This document shows positions 46,072-56,177 of a DNA stretch of 64,000 nucleotides, piece after piece (position 1 is the first letter of the stretch; every line of letters begins with the position of its first letter). Both the position numbers and the translations under genes were made by a program. The notes beneath the pieces are model-generated. The model made no database searches. It was not told where the DNA came from and saw nothing but the letters and a program-made list of their open reading frames with translations. Origin of the DNA: a virus. The stretch lies in the IMG/VR virus record IMGVR_UViG_3300029448_000010, positions 19,931 through 83,930 of that record. The stretch is one strand, 5' to 3'.

Positions 46072-49000
46072 ATGTTATGGGAAGCAGTGCTAGTAGGGCG
46101 TGAAAACGACCCTTCTTTTTTATTGAAGGCATTGGTTAATGACATAGAAAAGAGATACAAAGGAAATAATCCGTATCTAGATAATGAAGGTAAGGCCATT
46201 GATGAAGTAAAGGCTAAGGAATGGGAGAAAACACCAACTGTTCAAAGTCTAAATTCGATAGAGATTTTAGATAAAATACCTACGATTGGTAATAACTCTT
46301 TAAGGGATGCTTTCATATCAGCAGGAATGTATGCTATTAGTGAGAAAAATCTATTTAATAGAAGCAATACATTTAAGGTATTTTATGAAGCACAAAGAAA
46401 AAAAATACAAGATTATTATAAAAAACTTATTAGTAATCAAAAGAAACAAAAGTATTCTTTATCTGAATTAAATAAAGAATGGATAAAAGATAATAGATAT
46501 TGGAATCCTAAAGATAAATCAATAGATGAGTCTAAAAAGAAAATATTTCATGATTTAGGAATATCAACCGAAGGAACTTTCACAGGATATGACAGACCAA
46601 TAGAAGGCTTTGAAGATAAATTTTTTGGGAGTAAGGAAAGCCTAGAACCCGAACTAAAGAAACTTAAAGAGCGATTAGAAAAAGAAGAGAAAAAAACTGA
46701 AAAGGATTTCGATAATATAAACTTTAATTGGCAAACTAAAGAGGATGCCATTAAACAGAATAAAAAGTCTATTGAGTATCTAAAAGAAGAAATAGAATTA
46801 ACAGAAGGAAGAATCGCAGAAGGTAAAAGAAATCAATTAAGTAATAAACAATTATTTTCTATGTATGGAGGAAAGGCTAAGTTCCAAAAGAAAATAAATG
46901 ATAGTTATGTTTCTGCTATTAAACTATTAGAACAAGAAGATTTAAGATTGTTTGATGAGAACTATAAGAAAATGCAAACTAAAATAGATAAGGATATATC
47001 TAATGCAATTAAAAACACAAAGCCATCTCCCGATATGAAAGATACTATTACCTTTGAAGAAGTATATAGTAATATAGAAGGTCAAAGTGAATTAACTGCA
47101 CTAAAAGACCTTCTTGATAATAAAGAAATGAAACAGTATTTAAACCTTCTATCAGATAAATACACTCTTCCTAAGAAATGGGATGATATGTCCGATAAGG
47201 AACAAAATACTTGGGAGTTAGATAATAAAAGAAAGTTTCAAACTAATTACCAAAGACTATTAAAAACCTTATATGCTCTTAAAAATAAATATTCTGCTGA
47301 TGCTCCTACTTCAAATAAGATTGCAAAAGTTGAAGCGGTCATAAAAACTCTTAATGATAGATTTAACATGAAGTCATGGAAACCGGCCAGAAAAGAAGCA
47401 GAAGAAATGAAAAGAGAAAGCGGCACATCTTTGAGAAGAGATTCTAAAGAGTCTGACTTTGGCCCTAATAAATTAAAAAAACCAAGACCTAAAAAATGGA
47501 AATCAATGTCATTTAAAGAACAGCAAGAATGGTATTCAAAAAACACAAGTAAAAATCCTAGAAGAAAAGCCGCAGAAGAATCTGAAATGCAGAATATATA
47601 TGAAGTGGTATTTGGCGACAAAGAACCTTTAGATAAAATAGGTAAGAATAAAAAAATAAAAGCACTATTACCTAGTAAAGAAGTTGATGTTACGAAACCC
47701 ACTAGGGAAATGTGGGGTAATCTATTAACTAAACTAGAAGCGTTTGGTAAATCTAAAAACCCCGAAAGTCAATTTAACAAGTTAATCTTGTCTAATGAAT
47801 TATATCTTATTGATGTAATTAACTTAGTACAGACTAAAAGAAATAATGTATATCCTAAATACATGAAATTAACGAGTAAAAAGTTTGTATTTCAGAAACC
47901 TCCCAAAAAGAAAAAAGATGTTTCCATAGGGGGAACTAAGACTAGTCAATTATCCCCAACAGTAGGACTTTTTGATAAACTTGAGGGTCAAATGACTTCT
48001 GCACAAAGAAAAAAGTATCATAGTTTTATAGAAACAATCTTAGATAAAATCCCAAAAAAATATATTAGTGTAGTTAAAAATAAAAAGGGAGAAGACGAAG
48101 AAAGAATAGATTATGAAAAATTAACCGCCCCTAAAGGTGAAGGGGGAATGGGTTCTGCGGGTCAGAAAATATCAGATGAATTAGAAACAGAAATGAGTCT
48201 TGCTGGTAAAGGACATAAATATTTACAAGGCTTGGAAAAGAAAATTAAATCCAAAAAATATAAAGGTCTTGAAGATGGAGAAACTGAAGAATTTGAACCC
48301 ACGGGAAATAAAGACCCAAGAACAGAAAGTCAACGAGCGTGGGATAAAAAGTACTTCCGTAAAGCCGAGGTTGGTAGCAATAAAGCGGCTATGAAAGCAA
48401 GAGAAAAAAAATATGCAGAAATGTATAAGAAAGCAACTATGGCTAACTTTACTAAGTTAAAAGAAGATATAGATAAAGTTAAGCCCGATGAGTTAGATAA
48501 GTATTTCAATAAAACAAAAAGTGTTATGGATGCTGATTTATTCCATTGGATTGATAAAACTAACAAAGGAATAAGCATGAGGATTATTCCTTATGGAGAA
48601 GGAGATAAAGATTACTCCACCATTAGAAAAGATGTTCTTGATATAATGAAAATATTAGATAAAGATATGGAATACGAAGGTTCTGAAATGAAAGTATTAG
48701 ATGTTCTTAATATTCTCGGAAGAAAGGTGTATAAAAAGAAAGCAGGTTCTATTGTTTCAGCCAAGAAAAAAGAGGTTTCTGCTAAATTAAAAACCATAGG
48801 TGAAGAAGCAGTTAGAGCAGTTATGGATAAAGATAGTAAAGATTTCAAGATACCTAGATTGCTTAAATTAAAATTAAAGCAAAACAATCTTAAACTTAAA
48901 AAAGAGTTTTATAATATATTTACTGTTACACCGACCCCTGATAAAACGACAAAGGTTGAGGCTATGAGAATAGTTGAAGGTACTGAAGAATTATTAAATC

Positions 49001-49374
49001 AATTAACCCCAACAGAAGAAAAACTGTTAGTTATTTGGGAAAAGGTTTCTGATTCTTTAAAAGCCACTCCTGAGCAAAAAGAGGCAAGAGAAAGACAAAG
49101 AGTAGTCATGGATAAAGAAGAATTACGGGCTATTAATGAGTTATTAGAAGCGTATGAAGATGCAATATATGATATTGACGAAAAACTTGACCCTCTTGCT
49201 AATGAATTAATTGAAGTTCAAAAAGCAGTTGAAGAGTTAGGATTTGGCGAAAGAGAAGTTGAACACACAAAGCGGCTGATGAAGAAACAGGCGGATTATT
49301 TGAAAACAGTTACGAAAAAATATAACGAAATAAGGCGTTATGCTGTGGAATTAAAAAATAAAATAGGTGAATAA
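46072..49374 (+). CDS. Large Lys/Glu-rich coiled-coil protein
   Basis: 1100 aa; internal repeats PKKWDDMS.KEQ and PKKWKSMS.KEQ. Confidence 0.7.
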   Translation: MLWEAVLVGRENDPSFLLKALVNDIEKRYKGNNPYLDNEGKAIDEVKAKEWEKTPTVQSLNSIEILDKIPTIGNNSLRDAFISAGMYAISEKNLFNRSNTFKVFYEAQRKKIQDYYKKLISNQKKQKYSLSELNKEWIKDNRYWNPKDKSIDESKKKIFHDLGISTEGTFTGYDRPIEGFEDKFFGSKESLEPELKKLKERLEKEEKKTEKDFDNINFNWQTKEDAIKQNKKSIEYLKEEIELTEGRIAEGKRNQLSNKQLFSMYGGKAKFQKKINDSYVSAIKLLEQEDLRLFDENYKKMQTKIDKDISNAIKNTKPSPDMKDTITFEEVYSNIEGQSELTALKDLLDNKEMKQYLNLLSDKYTLPKKWDDMSDKEQNTWELDNKRKFQTNYQRLLKTLYALKNKYSADAPTSNKIAKVEAVIKTLNDRFNMKSWKPARKEAEEMKRESGTSLRRDSKESDFGPNKLKKPRPKKWKSMSFKEQQEWYSKNTSKNPRRKAAEESEMQNIYEVVFGDKEPLDKIGKNKKIKALLPSKEVDVTKPTREMWGNLLTKLEAFGKSKNPESQFNKLILSNELYLIDVINLVQTKRNNVYPKYMKLTSKKFVFQKPPKKKKDVSIGGTKTSQLSPTVGLFDKLEGQMTSAQRKKYHSFIETILDKIPKKYISVVKNKKGEDEERIDYEKLTAPKGEGGMGSAGQKISDELETEMSLAGKGHKYLQGLEKKIKSKKYKGLEDGETEEFEPTGNKDPRTESQRAWDKKYFRKAEVGSNKAAMKAREKKYAEMYKKATMANFTKLKEDIDKVKPDELDKYFNKTKSVMDADLFHWIDKTNKGISMRIIPYGEGDKDYSTIRKDVLDIMKILDKDMEYEGSEMKVLDVLNILGRKVYKKKAGSIVSAKKKEVSAKLKTIGEEAVRAVMDKDSKDFKIPRLLKLKLKQNNLKLKKEFYNIFTVTPTPDKTTKVEAMRIVEGTEELLNQLTPTEEKLLVIWEKVSDSLKATPEQKEARERQRVVMDKEELRAINELLEAYEDAIYDIDEKLDPLANELIEVQKAVEELGFGEREVEHTKRLMKKQADYLKTVTKKYNEIRRYAVELKNKIGE

Positions 49375-49741
49375 CATGACATGGGATTACTACGACAACA
49401 AAGAAGAATTTATTCTTAAAGCAAAAAAATCACCTGAAAAAACTATTCTTAATAGTTTAGATAAGAAGCAGACTAAGAAGTTGAAGAAGACACTGCAAGC
49501 GGCAGAACCTACTGAATTTTTTGGTCAAGACTTTACTAAGATGGGTGACTTAATTGATGTGCTTAAAGATTTAGACCTTACAAAGTCAGATAAAAAACTA
49601 AATAAGCGCATGAAGAGTATGGATGAGCGCAACCTTGACATAGTGGCAACCGCTACCAAACTCCGTAAGGACTACGAAACCTTGTACCGGCAATTACGGG
49701 AAATGGTTTATCCAAAGAAAAAAGGTGAAAAAGATGAGTGA
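49367..49741 (+). CDS. Hypothetical head-module protein
   Basis: 124 aa; ILKA and LTKS sites. Confidence 0.65.
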   Translation: MNNMTWDYYDNKEEFILKAKKSPEKTILNSLDKKQTKKLKKTLQAAEPTEFFGQDFTKMGDLIDVLKDLDLTKSDKKLNKRMKSMDERNLDIVATATKLRKDYETLYRQLREMVYPKKKGEKDE

Positions 49742-49970
49742 AAGTGAAGATGTATTGGCTATTCTAAAAGCCTTAACCGAAAAAATTGAACAGTTAGAAA
49801 AAACAGTCTATCATCAAGATAACCTTTTGATGAAGTCAGGTTTTGTAGTAGCAACAAGTCCAAGTCCAAAAATGAATAATTCAGTAGCCGCAACTTCGGG
49901 TATTGGAGATGTTTCTAATATGGAATGGTCTGATATTCATAAGATGGTCGAAAAGATAGGTGGTCAATAA
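49734..49970 (+). CDS. Small scaffold-like protein
   Basis: Coiled coil plus C-terminal MEWSDIHKMV, nearly identical to the protease/scaffold C-terminus. Confidence 0.65.
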   Translation: MSESEDVLAILKALTEKIEQLEKTVYHQDNLLMKSGFVVATSPSPKMNNSVAATSGIGDVSNMEWSDIHKMVEKIGGQ

Positions 49971-50362
49971 TGCCAGAAAGAGTAACTAAAGAAGAAAGAA
50001 TAGTGAGCCTTGCTATTGAAAAGGCTAGGAAAGCAAAGGAATTACTTCAACAAGAAAGCACTCATGAAAGATTGCCTCTTGAAGATGAATTGGTAGTTGA
50101 GAAAATTACACGGCCAAAGGCTAAAAATGTAAAGTTAATGAATCAAACAGACCAAAAAGAAGGATATGGTCTTGCTGGTGAGTCTATTGAACATACGATT
50201 AAAAAGAATATAAGGATTAAGCGACAAAGAGAAGGTAAAGAAATACTAGAATTATTAGATTCCTTGATTGGTAAAGAAATGACTACTTCTCATAAAGGTA
50301 AAATTGTATCATTAATGACTAGAATGCTATCCTCTGCTCAAGAAGATAATCTGCCTCAGTGA
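49970..50362 (+). CDS. Hypothetical head-module protein
   Basis: 130 aa; IEKA and IKK sites. Confidence 0.6.
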   Translation: MPERVTKEERIVSLAIEKARKAKELLQQESTHERLPLEDELVVEKITRPKAKNVKLMNQTDQKEGYGLAGESIEHTIKKNIRIKRQREGKEILELLDSLIGKEMTTSHKGKIVSLMTRMLSSAQEDNLPQ

Positions 50363-52896
50363 TTTCTATGCCAGCATCCGGCCTTCTATTTGAGAAGGGT
50401 AAAGCCTCTAATGAAATATTAAGATTATTTGAAAGAGTTAGAGTGGCGTATCTTTCTGCACGAACAGACCCCAAAGAATATGGGTCAAAGTGGCATAGTG
50501 CAGTGGAATACATTAGAGATGAATACGATGATTCAGAAGAGTTTGGAGAAGAATTAAAGAATTTCATCAATGATAAAGATTTAGAGCATGAAGATGCTAA
50601 GGATGCAACGACGACTACTGCTGAAAAGATATACGAATCTGTAAAAAATCTAAGGTACTCTTCTGACCAAGTTAGTGACCCCTTCTCTAAAAACTTCAAA
50701 GGTAATGTCCTTGAAGAATTACTTGATAATCCTGAATCAATGGTTAAATTCGTGCATTATGCTATGCGTTCAGACAATAAAGCACTTAAACCATCCATTT
50801 ACAGCGTTAAAGACATGGAACCTGACACAATTACAGAGGGTCTTATGGGACTTGACCTAGAAGTTGACGATATACCCCTCTATATTATAGAGCATTACGG
50901 TGACGGAAAAGACTCAAAGAAGGTCGGAAAGAAAGTTAAGGCTGCTATGTCTATGTTAGAACTATTATTCTTTTCTAAGCATGATGAAGAAGATTGGGAT
51001 GAATTAAAAGACATTGATATGGAAACTGATACTCCTAAGAAAATGATAACAAAGTCTGATACTGAAAAGGGAAAGACAGATTTTATTACTCCTAATAAGC
51101 CAATGTATAGAATCTTTGAGATAGATGATATGAAAGAACTAAAAGGGTTTAGTGGTGAGTATATTGTTCAAGAAAAGTATGACGGTATGAGAATACAAGT
51201 ACATAAGATAGATAATAAGATAAAAATATATTCATACGATGAAAAGGATATTACTAGTAAATGTAAAGAACAAGTCAAGGAATTAGAAAAGAAACACTTC
51301 GGAGATTGCATTCTAGATGGGACACTAGTGTTATTTGATGGTGATAATTCTTTATCTAGAGCAGAAGTTATTTCACAGGTATTTAGTGACAAAAATCCTG
51401 ACTTTAAACTAAAGGCTCATATGTTTGATATTATTAGACATAATGAAAAAACTATTGCTGATGAACCTTTGAATGATAGATTAAATATTATGTTTAATAA
51501 TTATTCAGTTCATTCAAGCGAATACCTTAACTTTCCTTCTAAAAAAGACACTCGTTTAGCAGACTCAATAGAAGATGTTGAGAAGTATGCTAAAGAAATA
51601 ATGGACATGCCAACAGCAGAGGGAGTAGTAATTAAAGATGCTACTTCAACTTATTACATAGGCACACGCAAAAATCCTAAATGGGTTAAGTGGAAGAGTT
51701 ATGTTGATTTAGATTTAATAGTATTAGATAAGAAAAAGAAAGGGAATACTTATTCCTATGCTTTAGGTGCTGGCCCAACAGAAGGCGAAGGCAAAGAATA
51801 CGAAACAATAGAAGGTAATACCTACATGAATGTAGGTAATGCAATTAATACTAAGATTGAAGTTGATGTTGGTTCTATTCTCAGAGTTAAAATAGACGAG
51901 GTAAAGAAGACAGGTGATAAATACTTAATTTATTCTGCTAAAGCAATAGAAGTACCTGAAGTGGAAATGCCTGACAAGTTAGTTACTTTGGAATTGTTAT
52001 CTAAAGACAATAAAAAAGAATTAAATTACGATGTTAAAGCATTAGAGAAAGGAATAGTAATTACTGATTATATTCACGGCGAAGCCTCTATTATTATTAA
52101 AAGTGACATGGATGGTTTTACTATCTATGGGTTTGATGAACATAATTTAATGGCTAAAAATGCTATGTTAGATTTAGATGTTTGGAAAACTCAAGCAGAA
52201 GAAATAATGAAAACGAAGCAATCCAAATTGACAGTAGCGGCATTTAATCATATGAAAGAAAAAGGCCCAAAAACTCCTAAAGAATTGCATAATTATTTAG
52301 TAAAGTCTCACTCTTCCCTTTATGAAGACATTTTAGATAGTAAATTGACAAGAGTAAAAGATTGGATGGAACAGAGGGATGGTATATCTTATGACGAAAA
52401 GACAAAGAAATTGTTTTCTGACCCTGATAAAATAATGCAAGAGACAAATATACTCAAGCAGTATAAAACACCTAAAGAATATCAAAATGGAAACTTTAAA
52501 TTATATCTAAGAGAAGATGAAAATTTAAACTTAGTAATTAAATTAAAAGATGAAACTTTGAATTGGCTGATAGATTTAGAAAAAGACGATGATATATTCA
52601 AATTGTTTGGTAAAGCCAATAAATACCCTGCACAAGTAGCACAGAACATATCTAAGAAGAAAATTATTGATTCTGGGAAAATAGGTCTTGGGGTACAGAA
52701 GAATGGCTATCACGAATACTTCCTAAAAGGAAATAAGTTTGAAACTAAATTGCATCTTAGAGTGCTAGAAGCAGAAGGTAAAACAATGTGGTTAGCATGG
52801 ACTGGCTACAAACAGAAGCCAGCAGACAAAGAAGGTGATGCTGGCTTATGGAATATTTACGAGGATAGGTATAGAAAAATACCACTTCCTGAATAA
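50359..52896 (+). CDS. Second ATP-dependent ligase-like protein within the head module
   Basis: EKYDGMR, ILDG, MFDI, AEGVVIK, KWVKWK; additional N-terminal (~240 aa) and C-terminal (~300 aa) domains. Confidence 0.85.
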   Translation: MISMPASGLLFEKGKASNEILRLFERVRVAYLSARTDPKEYGSKWHSAVEYIRDEYDDSEEFGEELKNFINDKDLEHEDAKDATTTTAEKIYESVKNLRYSSDQVSDPFSKNFKGNVLEELLDNPESMVKFVHYAMRSDNKALKPSIYSVKDMEPDTITEGLMGLDLEVDDIPLYIIEHYGDGKDSKKVGKKVKAAMSMLELLFFSKHDEEDWDELKDIDMETDTPKKMITKSDTEKGKTDFITPNKPMYRIFEIDDMKELKGFSGEYIVQEKYDGMRIQVHKIDNKIKIYSYDEKDITSKCKEQVKELEKKHFGDCILDGTLVLFDGDNSLSRAEVISQVFSDKNPDFKLKAHMFDIIRHNEKTIADEPLNDRLNIMFNNYSVHSSEYLNFPSKKDTRLADSIEDVEKYAKEIMDMPTAEGVVIKDATSTYYIGTRKNPKWVKWKSYVDLDLIVLDKKKKGNTYSYALGAGPTEGEGKEYETIEGNTYMNVGNAINTKIEVDVGSILRVKIDEVKKTGDKYLIYSAKAIEVPEVEMPDKLVTLELLSKDNKKELNYDVKALEKGIVITDYIHGEASIIIKSDMDGFTIYGFDEHNLMAKNAMLDLDVWKTQAEEIMKTKQSKLTVAAFNHMKEKGPKTPKELHNYLVKSHSSLYEDILDSKLTRVKDWMEQRDGISYDEKTKKLFSDPDKIMQETNILKQYKTPKEYQNGNFKLYLREDENLNLVIKLKDETLNWLIDLEKDDDIFKLFGKANKYPAQVAQNISKKKIIDSGKIGLGVQKNGYHEYFLKGNKFETKLHLRVLEAEGKTMWLAWTGYKQKPADKEGDAGLWNIYEDRYRKIPLPE

Positions 52897-52906
52897 TGAG
52901 CCGATT

Positions 52907-52917
52907 CTTTAATATAG
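52907..52917 (+). promoter_or_regulatory. Probable late TATA promoter
   Basis: CTTTAATATAG about 30 nt upstream of the protease ATG (52946), in a rare intergenic gap. Confidence 0.45.
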
Positions 52918-52936
52918 TCATTAAAATTACAAGGGG

Positions 52937-54169
52937 TTGAAGACTATGAGCATTAGTGTCATGGCATCTAGGAATAATGATTTCAGGATTCTTAAAAGTG
53001 ATGAATTAATGATTGGTGGTTATGCAAGCATCGAAGTTGTGGATAAACAAAACGATTTAATTACACTAGAAGCATTAAATACCGCAGTTAAAAAGTTTAT
53101 GGATGATAAGAAATTCAGAAATGTAATGACAAATCATTCTAATGTTCAAGTTGGTGAAGTAATAGACTCTTATCGAGATAAAAGTGGAAAACTATGGAAA
53201 TCAGAAGTTGATGATGTAGGATTTTTTGTAGTAATAAAGTTAAGAGATGATATAGAAAAAGCCAAAGAAGTTGGAAGAGGTATTCGTAAAGGAACATTAA
53301 GGTCTTTTAGTATCGGTGGACAAGCATTACAAAAGGTAAAGAAAAGTCACGGTGAATTAGGCGAATACAACGAAATTAGTAAATTAGAACTCCATGAGGT
53401 AACAATCTGTGAAAAAGGAATTAACCCCGAAGCAAAGTTTGATATTTTAAAAAGAGATAAAGGAGATGAAAAAATGAGTGATAAACTTGAGAAAGCATTG
53501 AATGAGTTGGATATACTTCTAAAAGAAGTTGAAGAACTTAAGGGCGACGAAGAGGAAATGGCTGAATACGCTGAATCCGAATCTGATGAAAACATGGAAA
53601 TGGCAGATGAAGAAGAAATGGCAGATGAAGAAGAAATGGCAGATGAAGAAGAGATGATGGGTGGAACACACCCTGCTTACAAGGATGGTGCAGAAAAAGC
53701 ATATCTTCGTACTCTTGATGGCGCAGGTAATCAAATTGGAGAACCAGCAGACCGTATTGTAATTAACAATGGTAAGCCTACTGCAACCGATATGCCGGTA
53801 GTTAAGGCATTTAACAACGGAGAGTTTGATACTCTAAACCTTTCTAATTCTAACATTGAAAAGGCATACGAAGCATTCCGTCAAGAACAACTTGAAGCAC
53901 TTGCATACGACAACCTACGAAAGTCTTTTGAAACTCGTTTTGAGTCTGAAAAGGCAAACCGTGAGAATGTTCTAGCAAAGTCTCAATATGACGCACAGGC
54001 TGAAATTGCTTCCATGAAGCAAGAGTTTAGCGACCTACGCAAGTCTCTTACTGCTGAAAAAGAAACTATTCTAAAGGCACAAGAAGAGTCAGTAATTAAA
54101 ATGCCAAGCATTGAAGAGATTTCATCAATGGATTGGTCAGATATTCACAAGATGGTGAACAACAGATAA
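52937..54169 (+). CDS. Prohead protease fused to scaffold
   Basis: IGGYAS..VVDKQND, NH, SFSIGG, ELHEVT...GINPEA (HK97-type protease); acidic coiled-coil C-terminal half. Confidence 0.9.
   Translation: MKTMSISVMASRNNDFRILKSDELMIGGYASIEVVDKQNDLITLEALNTAVKKFMDDKKFRNVMTNHSNVQVGEVIDSYRDKSGKLWKSEVDDVGFFVVIKLRDDIEKAKEVGRGIRKGTLRSFSIGGQALQKVKKSHGELGEYNEISKLELHEVTICEKGINPEAKFDILKRDKGDEKMSDKLEKALNELDILLKEVEELKGDEEEMAEYAESESDENMEMADEEEMADEEEMADEEEMMGGTHPAYKDGAEKAYLRTLDGAGNQIGEPADRIVINNGKPTATDMPVVKAFNNGEFDTLNLSNSNIEKAYEAFRQEQLEALAYDNLRKSFETRFESEKANRENVLAKSQYDAQAEIASMKQEFSDLRKSLTAEKETILKAQEESVIKMPSIEEISSMDWSDIHKMVNNR
53600..53653 (+). repeat. 18-bp tandem repeat x3 (MADEEE)
   Basis: ATGGCAGATGAAGAAGA(A/G) x3 in the scaffold linker. 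Confidence 0.9.
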
Positions 54170-54179
54170 GGTGATTAAG

Positions 54180-55514
54180 ATGACAGGATATATTAACACA
54201 ATAGCAGATTTAGAAGCACAAACATATGGAATGAATCTTCCAGCCGGTAATGCCTTGCTAAAGCAAGCAGGTATGGTTGGTGGAATACACACAGGACATG
54301 ACGGTTCTCCGTCATTTAGCGGTTCAGCCGTTTCTGATGTATCAGCCCTATACAATGTAGTTTACGGACAAAAGGTTTGGTCTATGCTAAACCGTGAAGT
54401 TAACGCATTGTCTATGATTTCAAAGCGACCTTACACTTCAAGTGGATGGAGAGTACTAAAGAGCAGACCTGCGGGTGGTTCTGGTAATCTCTTTACAGTT
54501 GATAAAGCAGATACTTCCCTTACATTGGGAGAATTGGGTTCAGACACACCAAGAGCAGACGCAATTGGTGGTGTACCAGAAAATGCAGGTCTTTCAACCG
54601 CACAAGATGGATTGGGGCCAATTGCACCAACTTATGCTCAATTGAACATGAGTCCTAAAGTAGTTGCTCATCAATTTGATTTCAGCGAGTTGGCTATGGA
54701 AATGGCACAAATTGACGATGGTATCGGAGATATTAGAGCGCAAATGCGTGAAGATATGGGTAAGCACCATGCAGAAGTACAAAACAAGATGCTTGTTATG
54801 CCACTACAATTTTACGGTGAAGCAACTCTATTGCCTAACATTGGTAACAATTATACTTCTTTGCTAAAGGTAGTTACTTCAAAGGCTGAATTAGACCTAT
54901 TGGATGCACAATCTTCTCTAATGACAGATGGTGCTACTGCAACAAATGTAAGTCACATTTACGGTACAAACCGTGATAGTGCTTCATTCCTTGATTCAGA
55001 AGTTGACCAAGGTACTTCCTATGCGGCAACAGATGTTAGGTCACTAACTCTAACTTTGCTAAATAACATGGTTCGTAACTTGAGACTTGCTGGTGGTTCA
55101 CCAAAGGTTATTCTAACCGGATATGATACCATTCAAGCAATTGCAGACCTATTGCAAAGCCAAGAAAGATTCATGGATAGAAAGGAAATTGTACCAACAG
55201 TTAACGGTGTTCGTGGAACAAAGGGTCAAGAAGTCGGATTTAGAGTAGCAACATACTACGACATTCCACTAATTCCTGTAAAGGACATGACACAAACTGG
55301 ACTTGCTTCAACTAAACTATCTGACCTATTATTCCTTGATACAGACCATCTATGGTTATCTGTTATGAAGCCAACTCAATACTTTGAGGATGGTATCGCT
55401 AATGGAAACCCATTCGGTGTAGGAACACTAGGAAACCGTGCATTGTACCGTACTATCGGTGAAGTCGGTTGTTCGTTCTTCAAGGGTCAAGGTAAAATAA
55501 CTAACATACAGTGA
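54180..55514 (+). CDS. Major capsid protein (HK97 fold)
   Basis: Follows the protease; ~444 aa; LNMSPKVVAH, VATYYDIPLIP and C-terminal QGKITNI. Confidence 0.9.
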   Translation: MTGYINTIADLEAQTYGMNLPAGNALLKQAGMVGGIHTGHDGSPSFSGSAVSDVSALYNVVYGQKVWSMLNREVNALSMISKRPYTSSGWRVLKSRPAGGSGNLFTVDKADTSLTLGELGSDTPRADAIGGVPENAGLSTAQDGLGPIAPTYAQLNMSPKVVAHQFDFSELAMEMAQIDDGIGDIRAQMREDMGKHHAEVQNKMLVMPLQFYGEATLLPNIGNNYTSLLKVVTSKAELDLLDAQSSLMTDGATATNVSHIYGTNRDSASFLDSEVDQGTSYAATDVRSLTLTLLNNMVRNLRLAGGSPKVILTGYDTIQAIADLLQSQERFMDRKEIVPTVNGVRGTKGQEVGFRVATYYDIPLIPVKDMTQTGLASTKLSDLLFLDTDHLWLSVMKPTQYFEDGIANGNPFGVGTLGNRALYRTIGEVGCSFFKGQGKITNIQ

Positions 55515-55534
55515 GATAAAGGAGAGGATGAAAA

Positions 55535-55798
55535 ATGGCATTTGCAACAGTAATACACTTAGAAATGAATTTAGAAGGAAATAGAAGAATAGTTTGTGGA
55601 CAAACTACTTCCGATAGCACAGATGGAAATATTGAAACAGGGCTTTCAAGCGTTGATTCTCTATTATTTACCCATAAGGGTTCTGCTGAAGAAGCGACGG
55701 CAGCAGTAATTAATGCTGATTTGCCACTTGCAAGCGGTGATGTAGCAATACATTGTGTTAGCGGTGATGTAGTCTATTTCATGGCAATCGGACAGTGA
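55535..55798 (+). CDS. Putative capsid decoration/minor structural protein
   Basis: 87 aa beta-rich protein after the MCP; IETGLSSV...YFMAIG. Confidence 0.55.
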   Translation: MAFATVIHLEMNLEGNRRIVCGQTTSDSTDGNIETGLSSVDSLLFTHKGSAEEATAAVINADLPLASGDVAIHCVSGDVVYFMAIGQ

Positions 55799-55808
55799 GG
55801 TGTTTTAA

Positions 55809-56168
55809 TTGGCACTAGTTTATACAGTAACTCTTTTGGGCGACCATAAGGGCAATACTCGCCCTAAAGTTAGTGGTGATGAATATGTGGTTGATGCACT
55901 ATTAGATGTGACTTCGCATGTGGAGGCAGGGGCAGAAATCCCTGCTTCTGCATTCGGTCTATCAACAGTGCATTGTGTATCAATTACCGGACATGAGGGT
56001 GCTAACGATGTTTACCCGCAGATTCTAACTTCAACAGGTGGTGTTTATGAATCAGATACTTCGTTTAAAATTATATTTACTAATTTAGACGGAACCAACG
56101 CTACTGCGGCGGCTGATGATGCAGACCCTACTTGTGCAACAAGACTTAGAATTTGGGGCAACCTTTGA
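55809..56168 (+). CDS. Putative structural protein
   Basis: 119 aa; AFGLSTV resembles the preceding gene. Confidence 0.55.
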   Translation: MALVYTVTLLGDHKGNTRPKVSGDEYVVDALLDVTSHVEAGAEIPASAFGLSTVHCVSITGHEGANDVYPQILTSTGGVYESDTSFKIIFTNLDGTNATAAADDADPTCATRLRIWGNL

Positions 56169-56177
56169 GGTGATTAG

